From assembly GCA_964474825.1 (NCBI GenBank), contig CAYYWQ010000001.1:421609-485608 (forward strand): a DNA stretch of 64,000 bases. The letters are read 5' to 3'. Each line of letters opens with the position of its first letter. The stretch's first letter is position 1. This document shows positions 28,293-38,374 of the stretch, piece by piece. This DNA is from an uncultured Candidatus Saccharibacteria bacterium. Lineage in GTDB: Bacteria > Patescibacteriota > Doudnabacteria > UBA920. The notes beneath the pieces are model-generated. The model saw only the letters and a program-made list of their open reading frames with translations, had not been told where the DNA came from and ran no database searches. The translations under genes and the position numbers were made by a program.

Positions 28293-29248
28293 GCTCTTAC
28301 TTTTTCGCTAGCCAAACTTTTTTGCTTTACAATCTCCTGGATTTTCGGGCCGTACTCAAATGCTATTTTTTTACCAAGCTCGTAATAAGGATTAAGCTGG
28401 GTAAAAATATTACCCTTGAACGGAGGAATAGTCGGTGTGATCATTAAATCACACGAAAGATCGGCGTTGCCGTCCGTTTTTTCCGCGGCAATAGCCAAAT
28501 TTAAACTTTTATTTATAACTGTAAATGTAGTGGGATTTCTTTCAAAATCTACATTTTCTTCGCTATCTTCGTCGTCCACCAAATTTTTAAAAAACGCTGT
28601 TGCCTGCTGTAAAAATAATGCCCTTCCCATTAAATTTAAGATTTTCTTCATGGTAATTTGACCTTCGGTAAAAATATGCTTGGTGCCCCGCATATTAACG
28701 CCAATGGTTACGTCGACCGGAAATTTTTTGAGCGAATCCACTGGCACTAAACTAAGCAGTCCGCCGTCCACCAAAGTTCGGTTCCCCCACTTTACGGGCT
28801 CAAAGGCCCCCGGCAAAGTGCAGGAAATACGCACCGCACGGGCAATGTCGCCAATGCACAAGTCTACCTGCTCTCCAGTTTCAATGTCTACTGTTGTAAA
28901 AGACATCATGGGGCGCACTTGATCAAAAGTCTTGCCCTTGGTAAATTCCCGCAATTTATTCTCCATATTGTCTAAAGAATATAACCCGCCGCGCTTACCG
29001 CTACCTAAATATTCTTTAAACTTTTTTTTGTCCAAACTTAAAACCTCTTTTTTAAATTCCTGCAGGTTCCCGCATGCAAACGCGGCGGATACCATAGAGG
29101 CACCGCTGGATGCGGCAATATAATCTATATGGATGTTTTGTTCAGCCAAACCTTCCAAAAACCCAACGTAAAAAGTGGTGCGATTGCCGCTACCGCTTAG
29201 CGCTAAACCTAATTTTGGCCTGCTAATTTCTTCAGACATGTTGTTCAA
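28289..29248 (-). CDS. Patatin-like phospholipase
   Basis: Oxyanion-hole GLALSGSGNR, nucleophile region IAASSGAS (GxSxG-like) and catalytic DGG (LVDGGLLS). Confidence 0.65.
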   Translation of the reverse strand: MNNMSEEISRPKLGLALSGSGNRTTFYVGFLEGLAEQNIHIDYIAASSGASMVSAAFACGNLQEFKKEVLSLDKKKFKEYLGSGKRGGLYSLDNMENKLREFTKGKTFDQVRPMMSFTTVDIETGEQVDLCIGDIARAVRISCTLPGAFEPVKWGNRTLVDGGLLSLVPVDSLKKFPVDVTIGVNMRGTKHIFTEGQITMKKILNLMGRALFLQQATAFFKNLVDDEDSEENVDFERNPTTFTVINKSLNLAIAAEKTDGNADLSCDLMITPTIPPFKGNIFTQLNPYYELGKKIAFEYGPKIQEIVKQKSLASEKVRA

Positions 29249-30326
29249 TAATTTTTACAATAATTTCCGAAATTTTTGCCGCTGAATTTTTGGGCATAAT
29301 TTCCGAAATATTCTTTTTAAGTTGCTCCTGTAACTCATGTTCAAATAAGAGCCTTCTTATTACTTTCACCAAACCCGCGGGCACTAATTGCTTTTGGTCG
29401 AGTACCAACGCCGCTTGGTTCTGGTAAAGCATAAAAGCATTCAATTCCTGGTGAGTGCCCGGCATTGGCATTACTATTGCGATTTTTTTTAGGTTAGAAA
29501 GCTCGGTAATAGTGGACAGTCCGGCGCGAGAAAAAACCAAATCCGCGGCAGCATATGCCGCGCCCATGTTGGCAATGAATTTAAAACTCCTGTAATTTTC
29601 AAATGTTTCCTGCTCTCCTTTTGCCGGACCCGTCGAATGAATAACCTGAACGACTTTGGAAAGTTCAGGAAGAGACTTTAACACCAAGTCATTAATGAAC
29701 TTAGACCCGGTACCGCCGCCTAGCACCAACAGAGTGGGCAAGTTGTTTTCTAATTTAAAAAAGCGCAAACTTTCCTCTTTATCGGCCTTAGTCAATTCTT
29801 TTCGGAAAGGATTGCCCGTTAACACAATTTTAGCCTTATTTTTTTTATAAAACAAGCCCAAACTTGAGGAAAAGTCTTTTAGTGAATCCTCAAAGGTTAC
29901 GGTTATTTTGGTTGCCGCCTGCTCACATAAGCGGTTTGCCAATCCGGGCAATAAGTCTTGCTGATGTAGGACAACCGGTATGTCCAAAAACTTAGCGGCC
30001 CAAACCACGGGAACCTGAACAAAACTTCCCGCGCCAAATACGCAATCCGGCCGAAATTGCTTTAAGATTTTTCTGGCCTGAAAAAAACCCGCGCTAATTT
30101 GAAAGGGTGTTGCTAAATTAGCAAGGCTAAAATATCGCCGCCACTTCCCGGCCGAAATTGCTTTAAAAGGAATTTTAGCAGTGTCAGCCATCTGCCTTTC
30201 AGGACCGGTCTTTGTACCCACTAATAAAAACAGGGCTTCGGGGTATGTTTCTTTAATTTGTTCGGCAACAGCTAGCAAAGGGGCAACCGGCCCGCCGCTA
30301 CCACCGCCGACTAAAAGTATTTTCAT
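29232..30326 (-). CDS. murG: Undecaprenyldiphospho-muramoylpentapeptide beta-N-acetylglucosaminyltransferase
   Basis: N-terminus MKILLVGGGSGGPV and overall GT28 architecture. Confidence 0.85.
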   Translation of the reverse strand: MKILLVGGGSGGPVAPLLAVAEQIKETYPEALFLLVGTKTGPERQMADTAKIPFKAISAGKWRRYFSLANLATPFQISAGFFQARKILKQFRPDCVFGAGSFVQVPVVWAAKFLDIPVVLHQQDLLPGLANRLCEQAATKITVTFEDSLKDFSSSLGLFYKKNKAKIVLTGNPFRKELTKADKEESLRFFKLENNLPTLLVLGGGTGSKFINDLVLKSLPELSKVVQVIHSTGPAKGEQETFENYRSFKFIANMGAAYAAADLVFSRAGLSTITELSNLKKIAIVMPMPGTHQELNAFMLYQNQAALVLDQKQLVPAGLVKVIRRLLFEHELQEQLKKNISEIMPKNSAAKISEIIVKIIEQHV

Positions 30327-31450
30327 TATTCTAAAATGTCCTTGTAAATTTTTAAAGTCTCTGCTGCCGCCCTATCCCAATCAAACATTCCCGCGCGGTT
30401 TAAACTTTTTTGGCGAAGCTGGCTGTAAAAACCTTGGTCGCGCGCCAGTAAATATAATTTCTCGCCAATGTCTTCCGGGTCAAGAGGGTTAAAATACACG
30501 GCAGCCTGGTCGTAAATTTCGTTAAAAACTTCGGTGTTGGACACTGCCAGAGGCAAGCCAAATTTCATAGCCTCAAGCCCAGGCAAACCAAAGCCTTCAT
30601 GCAAAGACGCCGATGAAAAACCATACGCTCCGGCATATAGAGCCGCCAAGTCCGAATCTTCAAGATAGTCTGTAAAAACTAATCTCTCCCTGTTCTTTAT
30701 GTCCATAGCCTTGTGCCTTATTTCCGGATAATGACTGTCGGCTTTACCTGCCACAACTAAATCCATGTCTGTTTGGTATTTGCTTATTAAATAGTCAAAC
30801 CCCCGGGTCAAATTAATTAAATTTTTCTTGCGCTCCAAAACTCCCACAAACAAAAAATACGGACGGTGAAGAAAAAACTTTTTCTTGGTCTGGTTTATTT
30901 TTTCTTTATCTACCTGCGTATTTAAAACAGCTCCTTCATAAACAACTTCAACCTTACGGGGCAGAACTTTTAAGTATTTAATAATGTCCTTTTTTGAGGC
31001 CTGCGACACAGTAATAACCGCTCTGGCCTGTTTTGCCGCGTGCTCCATAACTTTTTTATACGCCAAAAAATGCAAGAACCGACTTTTTTTATGTCCGCTA
31101 ATTTTGTGGTGCACCATGTCGTGTATGGTGACAACAAAAGGTCTTTTGTAAAATACCGGTACATTGAAATTGGGAAAATGCACCAAGTCTAAATTGTGCT
31201 TATTTAAAAGGTTTAAAAAGCTCGTTTGCTCGCCAAAGGAATAATGACGGATTTCGCAATTTACTATATGTAAATTATTTTTATTTTCAGAAAATTGCTC
31301 AATAACATTTCTTTGAGCCGCGTTACAAAAAATATAATATTCGTTTTTTTGGTCCCCGGCTAAAACTCCTTTTACCAATTCAAAAATATACCGGCCTATA
31401 CCGCCGTGCTGTGTACCTATCATTCTTGCATCTATGCCAATTTTACTCAT
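30326..31450 (-). CDS. Glycosyltransferase family 4
   Basis: GT4 E-x7-E motif EGFGLPGLEAMKFGLP. Confidence 0.75.
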   Translation of the reverse strand: MSKIGIDARMIGTQHGGIGRYIFELVKGVLAGDQKNEYYIFCNAAQRNVIEQFSENKNNLHIVNCEIRHYSFGEQTSFLNLLNKHNLDLVHFPNFNVPVFYKRPFVVTIHDMVHHKISGHKKSRFLHFLAYKKVMEHAAKQARAVITVSQASKKDIIKYLKVLPRKVEVVYEGAVLNTQVDKEKINQTKKKFFLHRPYFLFVGVLERKKNLINLTRGFDYLISKYQTDMDLVVAGKADSHYPEIRHKAMDIKNRERLVFTDYLEDSDLAALYAGAYGFSSASLHEGFGLPGLEAMKFGLPLAVSNTEVFNEIYDQAAVYFNPLDPEDIGEKLYLLARDQGFYSQLRQKSLNRAGMFDWDRAAAETLKIYKDILE

Positions 31451-32565
31451 AAAGAGTTTAGAGCCTCCAAAATACTGAGCGAAGACTTTTCCCAGCTAAA
31501 CTTTTTTACTCTTTCCAGCCCCTTTGCAACCAGCCCGGACTTTAATTGCTCATTTTTTAGTAACAAATTTAAAGTGGCAGTAATATCACTTACATTATAA
31601 GGGTTAATTAAAAGGCTCGCATCTCCCACCACCTCAGGCAACGCTGTAACCTGGCTGACAATAGTCGGTGTTCCCATGGCCATTGCCTCCAGCGGCTGAA
31701 AACCAAAACCTTCATAAAAGCTCGGGTAAACCAAAGCTTTGGAAAGCTTAATAACCGCCGGCTTGTCCTCGTCCTTTATATAACCTAGATACTTTATTTT
31801 AAGGGATTTTTTACTATGCTTAATTTCCTCAAAAATGGCCTTGTCTTTCCAGCCCTTCCTGCCCGCAATAACAAGATGCGCCGGATGATCCATTTTTTCA
31901 AAAGCCCGAATTAAATTGGAAAGATTTTTCCGCGGCTCAATAGTATTTAAAAATAAAATAAAATCTCCGGGCAAACTATACTGATTACGAATTTCTCGTA
32001 ACTTATTTTCCTCGATGTTCATCTGGAAAACTTTATTGTCTATTCCTGGATAAACAACTTTAATTTTTTTCTCGTCTACCTTGAACAAACGCACCAAATC
32101 TGTTTTGGTATATTCCGAAACAGCAAAAATGACATTAGCGCGGTTAAAAGCTTTTTGGTAATTTAAAAACTTATGCCAAAGCCGCCTTTTGGCGTCGTAA
32201 AACTCCGGAGTTACTACAGGCGAAAGATCATGAACAGTAATAGCAAGTTTTGCTTTAGGGCTAATGTTAAACTGATTTAAATTTGGCATAAATAAGCAGT
32301 CAAAGTCCCCTGCTAATTTTTCCATAGAAACAAGCTTAAACTTTAAGGCTAAGTTAAGTATTTTATTTGACCAGCGTTTTTTTACAAGTTTTGAATTTAC
32401 AAAGTTTAAATCGGGCAACTGCGCTTCCTTAAATGCATTATAAAAAAGCGTGTAAGAATTCTGCTTGTCCATTGGCAATAAATGCTCAAGCAAATTCAGC
32501 GTGTAATTCTCCACGCCCGTAAACTGCCCATTTTGCAAACTCCGTAAATCAATCGCGATTTTCAT
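31447..32565 (-). CDS. Glycosyltransferase family 4
   Basis: EGFGFQPLEAMAMGTPTIVS motif. Confidence 0.75.
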   Translation of the reverse strand: MKIAIDLRSLQNGQFTGVENYTLNLLEHLLPMDKQNSYTLFYNAFKEAQLPDLNFVNSKLVKKRWSNKILNLALKFKLVSMEKLAGDFDCLFMPNLNQFNISPKAKLAITVHDLSPVVTPEFYDAKRRLWHKFLNYQKAFNRANVIFAVSEYTKTDLVRLFKVDEKKIKVVYPGIDNKVFQMNIEENKLREIRNQYSLPGDFILFLNTIEPRKNLSNLIRAFEKMDHPAHLVIAGRKGWKDKAIFEEIKHSKKSLKIKYLGYIKDEDKPAVIKLSKALVYPSFYEGFGFQPLEAMAMGTPTIVSQVTALPEVVGDASLLINPYNVSDITATLNLLLKNEQLKSGLVAKGLERVKKFSWEKSSLSILEALNSL

Positions 32566-33634
32566 TTATAAAGTTACTTATTTTCTCCGTAAACATTTGT
32601 TTGCCAAATTTTTCTGAATGCTCTCTAAGTTTATTTGCCAAATATTTCTTCGGGTTCCAAGACAAAATTATTTGCTTTATTTTCTCTTTATCGTAATTTT
32701 CAAACAACTCACCAGTAACTCCTGGCACAACAGTTTCCAAGGCACCGCCCTTGCCCAGGGCAATAGTTGCTGTGCCGCAGGCTGAGGCTTCCAAGGGCAT
32801 TAAGCCAAAGTCTTCTAATTGCGGGTAAATAAAACCTGAAGCGCCGCTGTATTCTTTCTTTAATTGCTCGTCGGATATTTTTCCTAAAAAGGCAATATTG
32901 CTTTTTGCAATTGATTTTAAATATTTTTCTTGTCGTCCCGTGCCAAATACCCGCAAAGGTAAATTTAACTCATTGAATATTTCAATAATTAAATCGTTAT
33001 GTTTGTGCGCCTGCAACCGTCCGCCCAGTAAAAAATAATCTTGTTTTGAGGCAGTGTTTTTCCAAAAATCAACATTTACAGGCGGATATATTATTTCTGA
33101 GTCGCGGTTATAATATTTCTTTATTCTTTTTTTGACTTCTGCTGAGTTGGCAATAAATTTGGTTACTCTTTGCGCGCCTTTATAGTCCCAATTTTTTAAA
33201 AGCTTGATTGTTAGTTTTGCCAACGGCCTAAAAACTGTAAGCAGACCGGTAAGTTCCTGGTTAACATAGTCACCGTCTGTCCATAAAAACCTAGTAGGTG
33301 TATGGCAGTAGTTTATGTGAACGCAGTTTTTAGGGACTTTAATATTTTTGGCAAAACCTGAACTTGATGAAATTACTAAATCATACCCTTCAAAATTTAA
33401 AGAACTAACAGCTAAAGGAACAATGGGGAATAACCACTGGAATTTTGGAACAAAGTTGTAAATAACCTGAAGCCAGCTGGTCCGAATGTCCCAAGAAATA
33501 TAATAATCTCTTAATTTACGATCTAAGACCAATGTAAACACCGGCGCTTCCGGATACATTTCATGCAAAACATCAATAACCCTTTCAGCGCCTCCTCTTT
33601 GCGTGAACGAATCCTGAACTAAAGCAACTCTCAT
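32549..33634 (-). CDS. Glycosyltransferase family 4
   Basis: EDFGLMPLEASACGTATIA motif. Confidence 0.7.
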   Translation of the reverse strand: MRVALVQDSFTQRGGAERVIDVLHEMYPEAPVFTLVLDRKLRDYYISWDIRTSWLQVIYNFVPKFQWLFPIVPLAVSSLNFEGYDLVISSSSGFAKNIKVPKNCVHINYCHTPTRFLWTDGDYVNQELTGLLTVFRPLAKLTIKLLKNWDYKGAQRVTKFIANSAEVKKRIKKYYNRDSEIIYPPVNVDFWKNTASKQDYFLLGGRLQAHKHNDLIIEIFNELNLPLRVFGTGRQEKYLKSIAKSNIAFLGKISDEQLKKEYSGASGFIYPQLEDFGLMPLEASACGTATIALGKGGALETVVPGVTGELFENYDKEKIKQIILSWNPKKYLANKLREHSEKFGKQMFTEKISNFINENRD

Positions 33635-33700
33635 ATGTTTTAGGTATTAAAAGTTAGGGGTTAGTTCCTAAAACCTAGAACCTAACACCTAAAACCTGAT

Positions 33701-35137
33701 TTAATAGTCTTCCTTACTTTTACGTCCAATAACCAGCCAGTACAAACTCTTAGCCAAAATGGAAAAATCCAACCAGAGAGACCAGTTTTCTATGTAGTAA
33801 GTGTTTAGCTTAATTTCTTCGTCAAACGGCAAATCCGGCCACGACAGCTGGGCTAACTGGGACATACCAAAAGCACCAGGCTTGATGGAAAACATCCGCC
33901 TGTAGCGGTCCTTGTAACGCTGAACCTCGTCCAGCACGTGGGCGCGGGGGCCAACCATGCTCATATCCCCTATTAGCACATTCCAAAACTGAGGAATTTC
34001 GTCCAGTTTAGTTTTACGTAAAAAACGGCCAATCCGCGTAACACGAGGATCATGTTTAATTTTTAAAAATGGGCTGTCTTTGCCGCCGCGATCATTCTTT
34101 TCCCAAAGTTGGTTACGCATTGCTTCCGCTTCCTGCCCGCCATATTCTTCTCCGACGCTTAAATGGTTAAACATTGTACGGAATTTATAAAATCTAAAGT
34201 CTTTGTCCCTACCGCCGCGCATTGCCGAATAAATTACTTTACCCTTGCTGTCAATTTTTATAGCCATCGCAATTAGCAAAAAAAATGGGGAGGTGATTAT
34301 TAAACAAACGGCTGACACAATAATGTCTGTCAACCTTTTTGCCACCTTACCCCAACCATCAAGAGGCGTATTTTTTAAGCTAATGACCGGAATGCCTTTT
34401 AAACTGGACATTTCGACGGCATTTCTTTGGACTTCAAATAAATTTGGCACAAAACTAAACTGAAGGCCCCTGGTCCTAGCGAATTCAACTAATTTCAGAT
34501 TAATGTCGTCCGGCAAAGCGGGATTAGCCTGCAAAATTTCGTCTATCTTACCGGCGCTGTACAACTTTTCCAGCTGGCTTAAGCAATTTTCTGAATAACT
34601 TAGCTCATCACAAATTTCATAACCATAAGCTTTGTTTTTATAAACTTGTTCAATAATGCTGGAATTATTTTTGTAGCCGTTTATAATTACCAGTTTATGT
34701 AGCCCAATATTTTTTAAAAATAACTGTGTTTGAAGATACTTAAGCAACAGACGGCCAAACATTACAAAAACTATACCGAGTCCCCAGGCTGCTAAAATTA
34801 TAAAGCGGGAAGGAAAAATATTTTGGTTAAAAAAGAACATTAAAATTACCAAAAGCAGTCCCAGCGAAATGCCTATGATTATTTTACCCAGTTCATTAAC
34901 AAATTTACGCGTACCTTTTAAATTGTAGAGTCCAACCAGCGCAAAAATTAAAAGCAAAACCGGAATAATGGTGTAGGCCACATTTAAAAAACTTTGCAAT
35001 TCCAGACGGTAAATAATTGGCTTGGAAATAACCGCCGGCTGACTACGTAAATAAAAAGAAACAATACCCGCAACCAGCAGCATTATTGCGTCTAAAGGTA
35101 TTGAAATTAGGTTGAAAATTAGCTCTGTTCGCTTCAT
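33701..35137 (-). CDS. Undecaprenyl-phosphate sugar phosphotransferase (WbaP/WcaJ-type priming glycosyltransferase)
   Basis: N-terminal TM bundle plus a C-terminal bacterial sugar-transferase domain (PRAHVLDE...KPGAFGMSQ). Confidence 0.8.
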   Translation of the reverse strand: MKRTELIFNLISIPLDAIMLLVAGIVSFYLRSQPAVISKPIIYRLELQSFLNVAYTIIPVLLLIFALVGLYNLKGTRKFVNELGKIIIGISLGLLLVILMFFFNQNIFPSRFIILAAWGLGIVFVMFGRLLLKYLQTQLFLKNIGLHKLVIINGYKNNSSIIEQVYKNKAYGYEICDELSYSENCLSQLEKLYSAGKIDEILQANPALPDDINLKLVEFARTRGLQFSFVPNLFEVQRNAVEMSSLKGIPVISLKNTPLDGWGKVAKRLTDIIVSAVCLIITSPFFLLIAMAIKIDSKGKVIYSAMRGGRDKDFRFYKFRTMFNHLSVGEEYGGQEAEAMRNQLWEKNDRGGKDSPFLKIKHDPRVTRIGRFLRKTKLDEIPQFWNVLIGDMSMVGPRAHVLDEVQRYKDRYRRMFSIKPGAFGMSQLAQLSWPDLPFDEEIKLNTYYIENWSLWLDFSILAKSLYWLVIGRKSKEDY

Positions 35138-35214
35138 ATTACCTTTATTTTACAATATTTTATGCTTTTTGGACAGTTGACAAAACCCCATAAAGTTGAT
35201 ACAGTATATAAGTT

Positions 35215-35560
35215 CTAAGCAAACCGAATAATCGATCCCTAAATTTATTTAAGGATAGGAAAGTCCGAACACTTATTTGATAACCTCTTAAGAGTTATCA
35301 AAAATGGTAGCGGGTAACGCCCGTCCAGAGTAATCTGCGAGATGCGAACAGTGACGTTTTATTCCGAAAGGAATAAAACGCCCTGCACCTGAACGAAAAT
35401 GAATGGTACAGGGCGAACTACTATAGTGATATGGTAGGTGAAACGGCTAAATTCTTACCTGGGTGCAAGGCCAAGTTTGGTAGGCCGCACGATCTTACTG
35501 GCAACAGTAGGACAAGATAGATGATTATTACAAACAGAATTCGGCTTATGAGTTTGCTTA
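35215..35560 (+). ncRNA. rnpB: RNase P RNA (bacterial type A, compact)
   Basis: Conserved RNase P RNA blocks are all present: GGAAAGUCCG (P4 5' strand, 35255-35270), GGUAACGCC (35319-35330), GCAAGGCCAAG (35467-35480), ACAGAAUUCGGCUUAU (P4 3' strand, 35535-35550). P1 pairing is AAGCAAAC/GUUUGCUU. Sits in a ~590-nt gene-free gap. Confidence 0.85.
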
Positions 35561-35567
35561 GAACATA

Positions 35568-35600
35568 AAAAATCTCCACTGATGTGGAGATTTTTTATGT
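35568..35600. terminator. Bidirectional terminator hairpin (copy 1 of a repeated element)
   Basis: AAAAATCTCCAC-tgat-GTGGAGATTTTTT; the arms extend to 19 bp (GAACATAAAAAATCTCCAC...). Confidence 0.6.
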
Positions 35601-35728
35601 TCTAAATTTATTTTTATTTACTAAAACACCATGCAACTTATAAAATTTTGACTCTTTAGCGGAATTTATTTGGTTTCAATAGTGAAAACTTCCCGCAATT
35701 GTACCTAAAAATGCTTGTGCTTATATAT

Positions 35729-36423
35729 TTACTGATTGCATGGTTCCACACTTTTTACAATCTGATTTCCTGAATAAAAATTATTTTTGTCCCGAGCTTT
35801 CTGCTCACAAATTATTTCAAAAGTCCCAGGGTTTGCGTTTTGTAAAACTCGCTGTTGATAATAAACATTATTCTTGTCTTTAGAATAAACCGAGTTTAAA
35901 ACAAGAAAGGTTCCAGGATCAGCTCCTTCAATTTTTGAAGAACCCGTGTAAATAAAATTTTTATCTTTAGAGTAGCCTTTTTTTAAAATTTGGAACGTTA
36001 CCAGATCGGCACCATCAATAATTTCCCCCGACTTGTAAATATGTTTTGAATCTCTTGCAAAAAAATAAATCCAATTATCGGGGTAGTCTTCAAATAACCC
36101 GAAAGTCAGGGGGTCAGCCTGCTTAACCAAGGATACAATACCATTCGTAAAAAAATATACATTATTTTTATCGTTTGAATATTCATGGCTTAACGCTCTA
36201 AAGGTAGCAGGGTCGGCACCGTCAATTTTCACCGTATAAATACTTCTGCCATCAGATCCGTCATTAAAACTTACGTAAACTACGCCGGACTTTGTTCTAT
36301 ACCCATAGCCCAAATCTTTGCCTTCACCCATTCTTGGCTTAAATTTGTCGATATTGAACAAAAAACAAAAACCGATTAGCATAACTACTACAATAAGTTG
36401 AATTATAAAAAATAATTTTCTCA
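35729..36423 (-). CDS. DKNYY-repeat secreted/membrane-anchored protein
   Basis: Five repeats carrying DKNNVY/DKNFIY/DSKHIY motifs. N-terminal hydrophobic anchor (MRKLFFIIQLIVVVMLIGF). Start placed at this internal Met; the exact coordinate may be off by 1-2 nt. Confidence 0.55.
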
Positions 36424-36825
36424 TATTTTTCTTAAAGCAGGCTAGATTGTCAAGAACATTAAGCCCCGCACTTTTTAACTTATCTACAACAAAACTATTA
36501 GATGGCTTTAAGGTTTGATAGTGACCACTTTCATTTGGATTGCCTGGATTTAACTCTAAACCGCCGGTACCAATGGAGCTGCAACAAAAGTAAAGAGGAG
36601 CAAAAAAACCAACGTACAAATCGTTGGTTAAAACAGAAAATTACCTGTAAATGGGCTATGCCTTGAACCGTGTAATGTAAGATGGTTTTTCATATTTAAG
36701 CTTTATATATAAGAAAATATTAACTCCCGTAAACCTAAACTAGCTTACATTTACATCCCTGTCAAGTCGTATTTTTAGATAAATAAGTTCGATAGTTAAT
36801 CTTGGCTCCCGGAATGACAATAAAT

Positions 36826-36858
36826 CCCAAAAAATCTCCACAAATGTGGAGATTTTTT
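36826..36858. terminator. Terminator hairpin (copy 2 of the ATCTCCAC/GTGGAGAT element)
   Basis: AAAAAATCTCCAC-aaat-GTGGAGATTTTTTTG downstream of the SIMPL gene. The same stem sequence occurs at 35575-35596. Confidence 0.55.
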
Positions 36859-36895
36859 TGTTTGTCGCTAACCAATCTGTATAAATCTATTTAAA

Positions 36896-37669
36896 TTACT
36901 TAACTTCGAAAGTAACGCTCATACTTTCAATAACATCTTGGCTGCCTGGTTCAACATTTGCCACCATAGACTTGTCCATACCACCGCCCATACCCATTGC
37001 AGAAGGAGCGCTTACAGCATAAGGCATTGGACCCATATAACCATTGCTTTCGGAAATACTAACAACTTTACCCAAAGTCAGACCGGCTTCTTGTGCTAAA
37101 TCTGTAGCTTTCTTTTTTGCATTGTCTATAGCCAACTTACGTGCCTGCTGCTGCAAGCTTTCAGGATTTTCAAAACTAAAGTTCACACCCTGGATTTGGT
37201 TAGCGCCATTGTTAACAGCTCCGTCTAAAACTTTTTCCAGAACTGACTGCGACTTGTCTATACCGTGAACTTTCACAGTTACGGTTTGGTCGCTTTGGTA
37301 ACCGGTAATAACCGCTGTACCTGTTCGCCAGTCCTGCTGCGGATAAAAGTTAAACTGAGAAGTCTTAATGTCTTCGTCTTTTACGCCCTGAGCTTTAATG
37401 AAGTCGATAATCTTATTAATCTTGGTATTATTTTGGTCTTTAACCTCAACCGCGGTTTTACCCTGCGACATAACGCCAATAGTAACAGTAGCCAAATCTT
37501 GCGTTGCCATAACCTTGCCTTCAGCGGAAACCGATATTGTATTAGCTGGCTTTTGGTTCTTAAAAGTTGTTTGAATGTCGTGAGACTTTTGCACAACTAA
37601 AAGAGCCACAAAAACGACTAAAAGAACGCCAAGAGCGTTAACTAACCATTTCGGAAAATTATTTTCCAT
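36896..37669 (-). CDS. SIMPL/DUF541 (BP26/OMP28-like) periplasmic protein
   Basis: N-terminal anchor, then DUF541-like sequence (GVMSQGKTAVEVKDQNN...; C-terminal MGGGM low complexity). Confidence 0.65.
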   Translation of the reverse strand: MENNFPKWLVNALGVLLVVFVALLVVQKSHDIQTTFKNQKPANTISVSAEGKVMATQDLATVTIGVMSQGKTAVEVKDQNNTKINKIIDFIKAQGVKDEDIKTSQFNFYPQQDWRTGTAVITGYQSDQTVTVKVHGIDKSQSVLEKVLDGAVNNGANQIQGVNFSFENPESLQQQARKLAIDNAKKKATDLAQEAGLTLGKVVSISESNGYMGPMPYAVSAPSAMGMGGGMDKSMVANVEPGSQDVIESMSVTFEVK

Positions 37670-37744
37670 ATTTGTTTCGTTTAATTATATTATTTTAATT
37701 ATTATATCAGTAAAATGCGCCAGATGCCAGAAATGTTACATATT

Positions 37745-37768
37745 AACAAAACCACCCCAACTGGGGTG
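37745..37768 (-). terminator. Rho-independent terminator after rpsI
   Basis: ACCACCCC-aact-GGGGTGGT followed by TTTT. Confidence 0.55.
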
Positions 37769-37786
37769 GTTTTAAAAATTTGATAC

Positions 37787-38371
37787 TTAACGCTTCGCCC
37801 ACTGTGGGGAACGACGGGCTCTTTTCAAACCTGGTTTCTTTCTTTCTTTTCTGCGGTCGTCGCGGGTAAGGAGTCCGTTTTTCTTTAGGACTTTGCGGAC
37901 ATCGTCGGAGATTTTAGAAAGGGCAATGGAAATTCCGTGGCGCACGGCCTGGGCTTGGGAATGAGGTCCGCCGCCGTTTACATGGCAGGTAAAGTAATAT
38001 TCGGTTCCAAGTCCGGTTAAGCTAAAGGGTTGGCCAATTTCTTCTTGGTAATAAGTATAGCCAAAATAAGATTCAAGTGGTTTTTTGTTAACCATACTGT
38101 CCCCTTTTCCTGTAAATAAGCGTACGTTCGCAACAGCAGTCTTTCTGCGGCCAGTAGCAAAAACATAGCGGCCCGGGTCAGCTGTATGCTTTTCATGTTT
38201 AACATGAGTCTTGGTTTCAGGAGCAGTAGTTTCAACTTCCGCTTTTACAGAAGTTTCAGCCTGGTCTTTTGCGTCAAAAGTCTTAGCCGCGGCTGGTTTG
38301 CGCGGGGCCCTGGGTTTGCGGGGAGCTTTCGGCTCGTCTGATTTTGTTGTAGGAGTCTTAGTAGTAGCCAT
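37787..38371 (-). CDS. rpsI: 30S ribosomal protein S9 with a ~65-aa K/P/A-rich N-terminal extension
   Basis: C-terminal core GRRKTAVANVRL...GGGPHSQAQAVRHGISIAL...KKPGLKRARRSPQWAKR. Confidence 0.9.
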   Translation of the reverse strand: MATTKTPTTKSDEPKAPRKPRAPRKPAAAKTFDAKDQAETSVKAEVETTAPETKTHVKHEKHTADPGRYVFATGRRKTAVANVRLFTGKGDSMVNKKPLESYFGYTYYQEEIGQPFSLTGLGTEYYFTCHVNGGGPHSQAQAVRHGISIALSKISDDVRKVLKKNGLLTRDDRRKERKKPGLKRARRSPQWAKR

Positions 38372-38374
38372 AAA

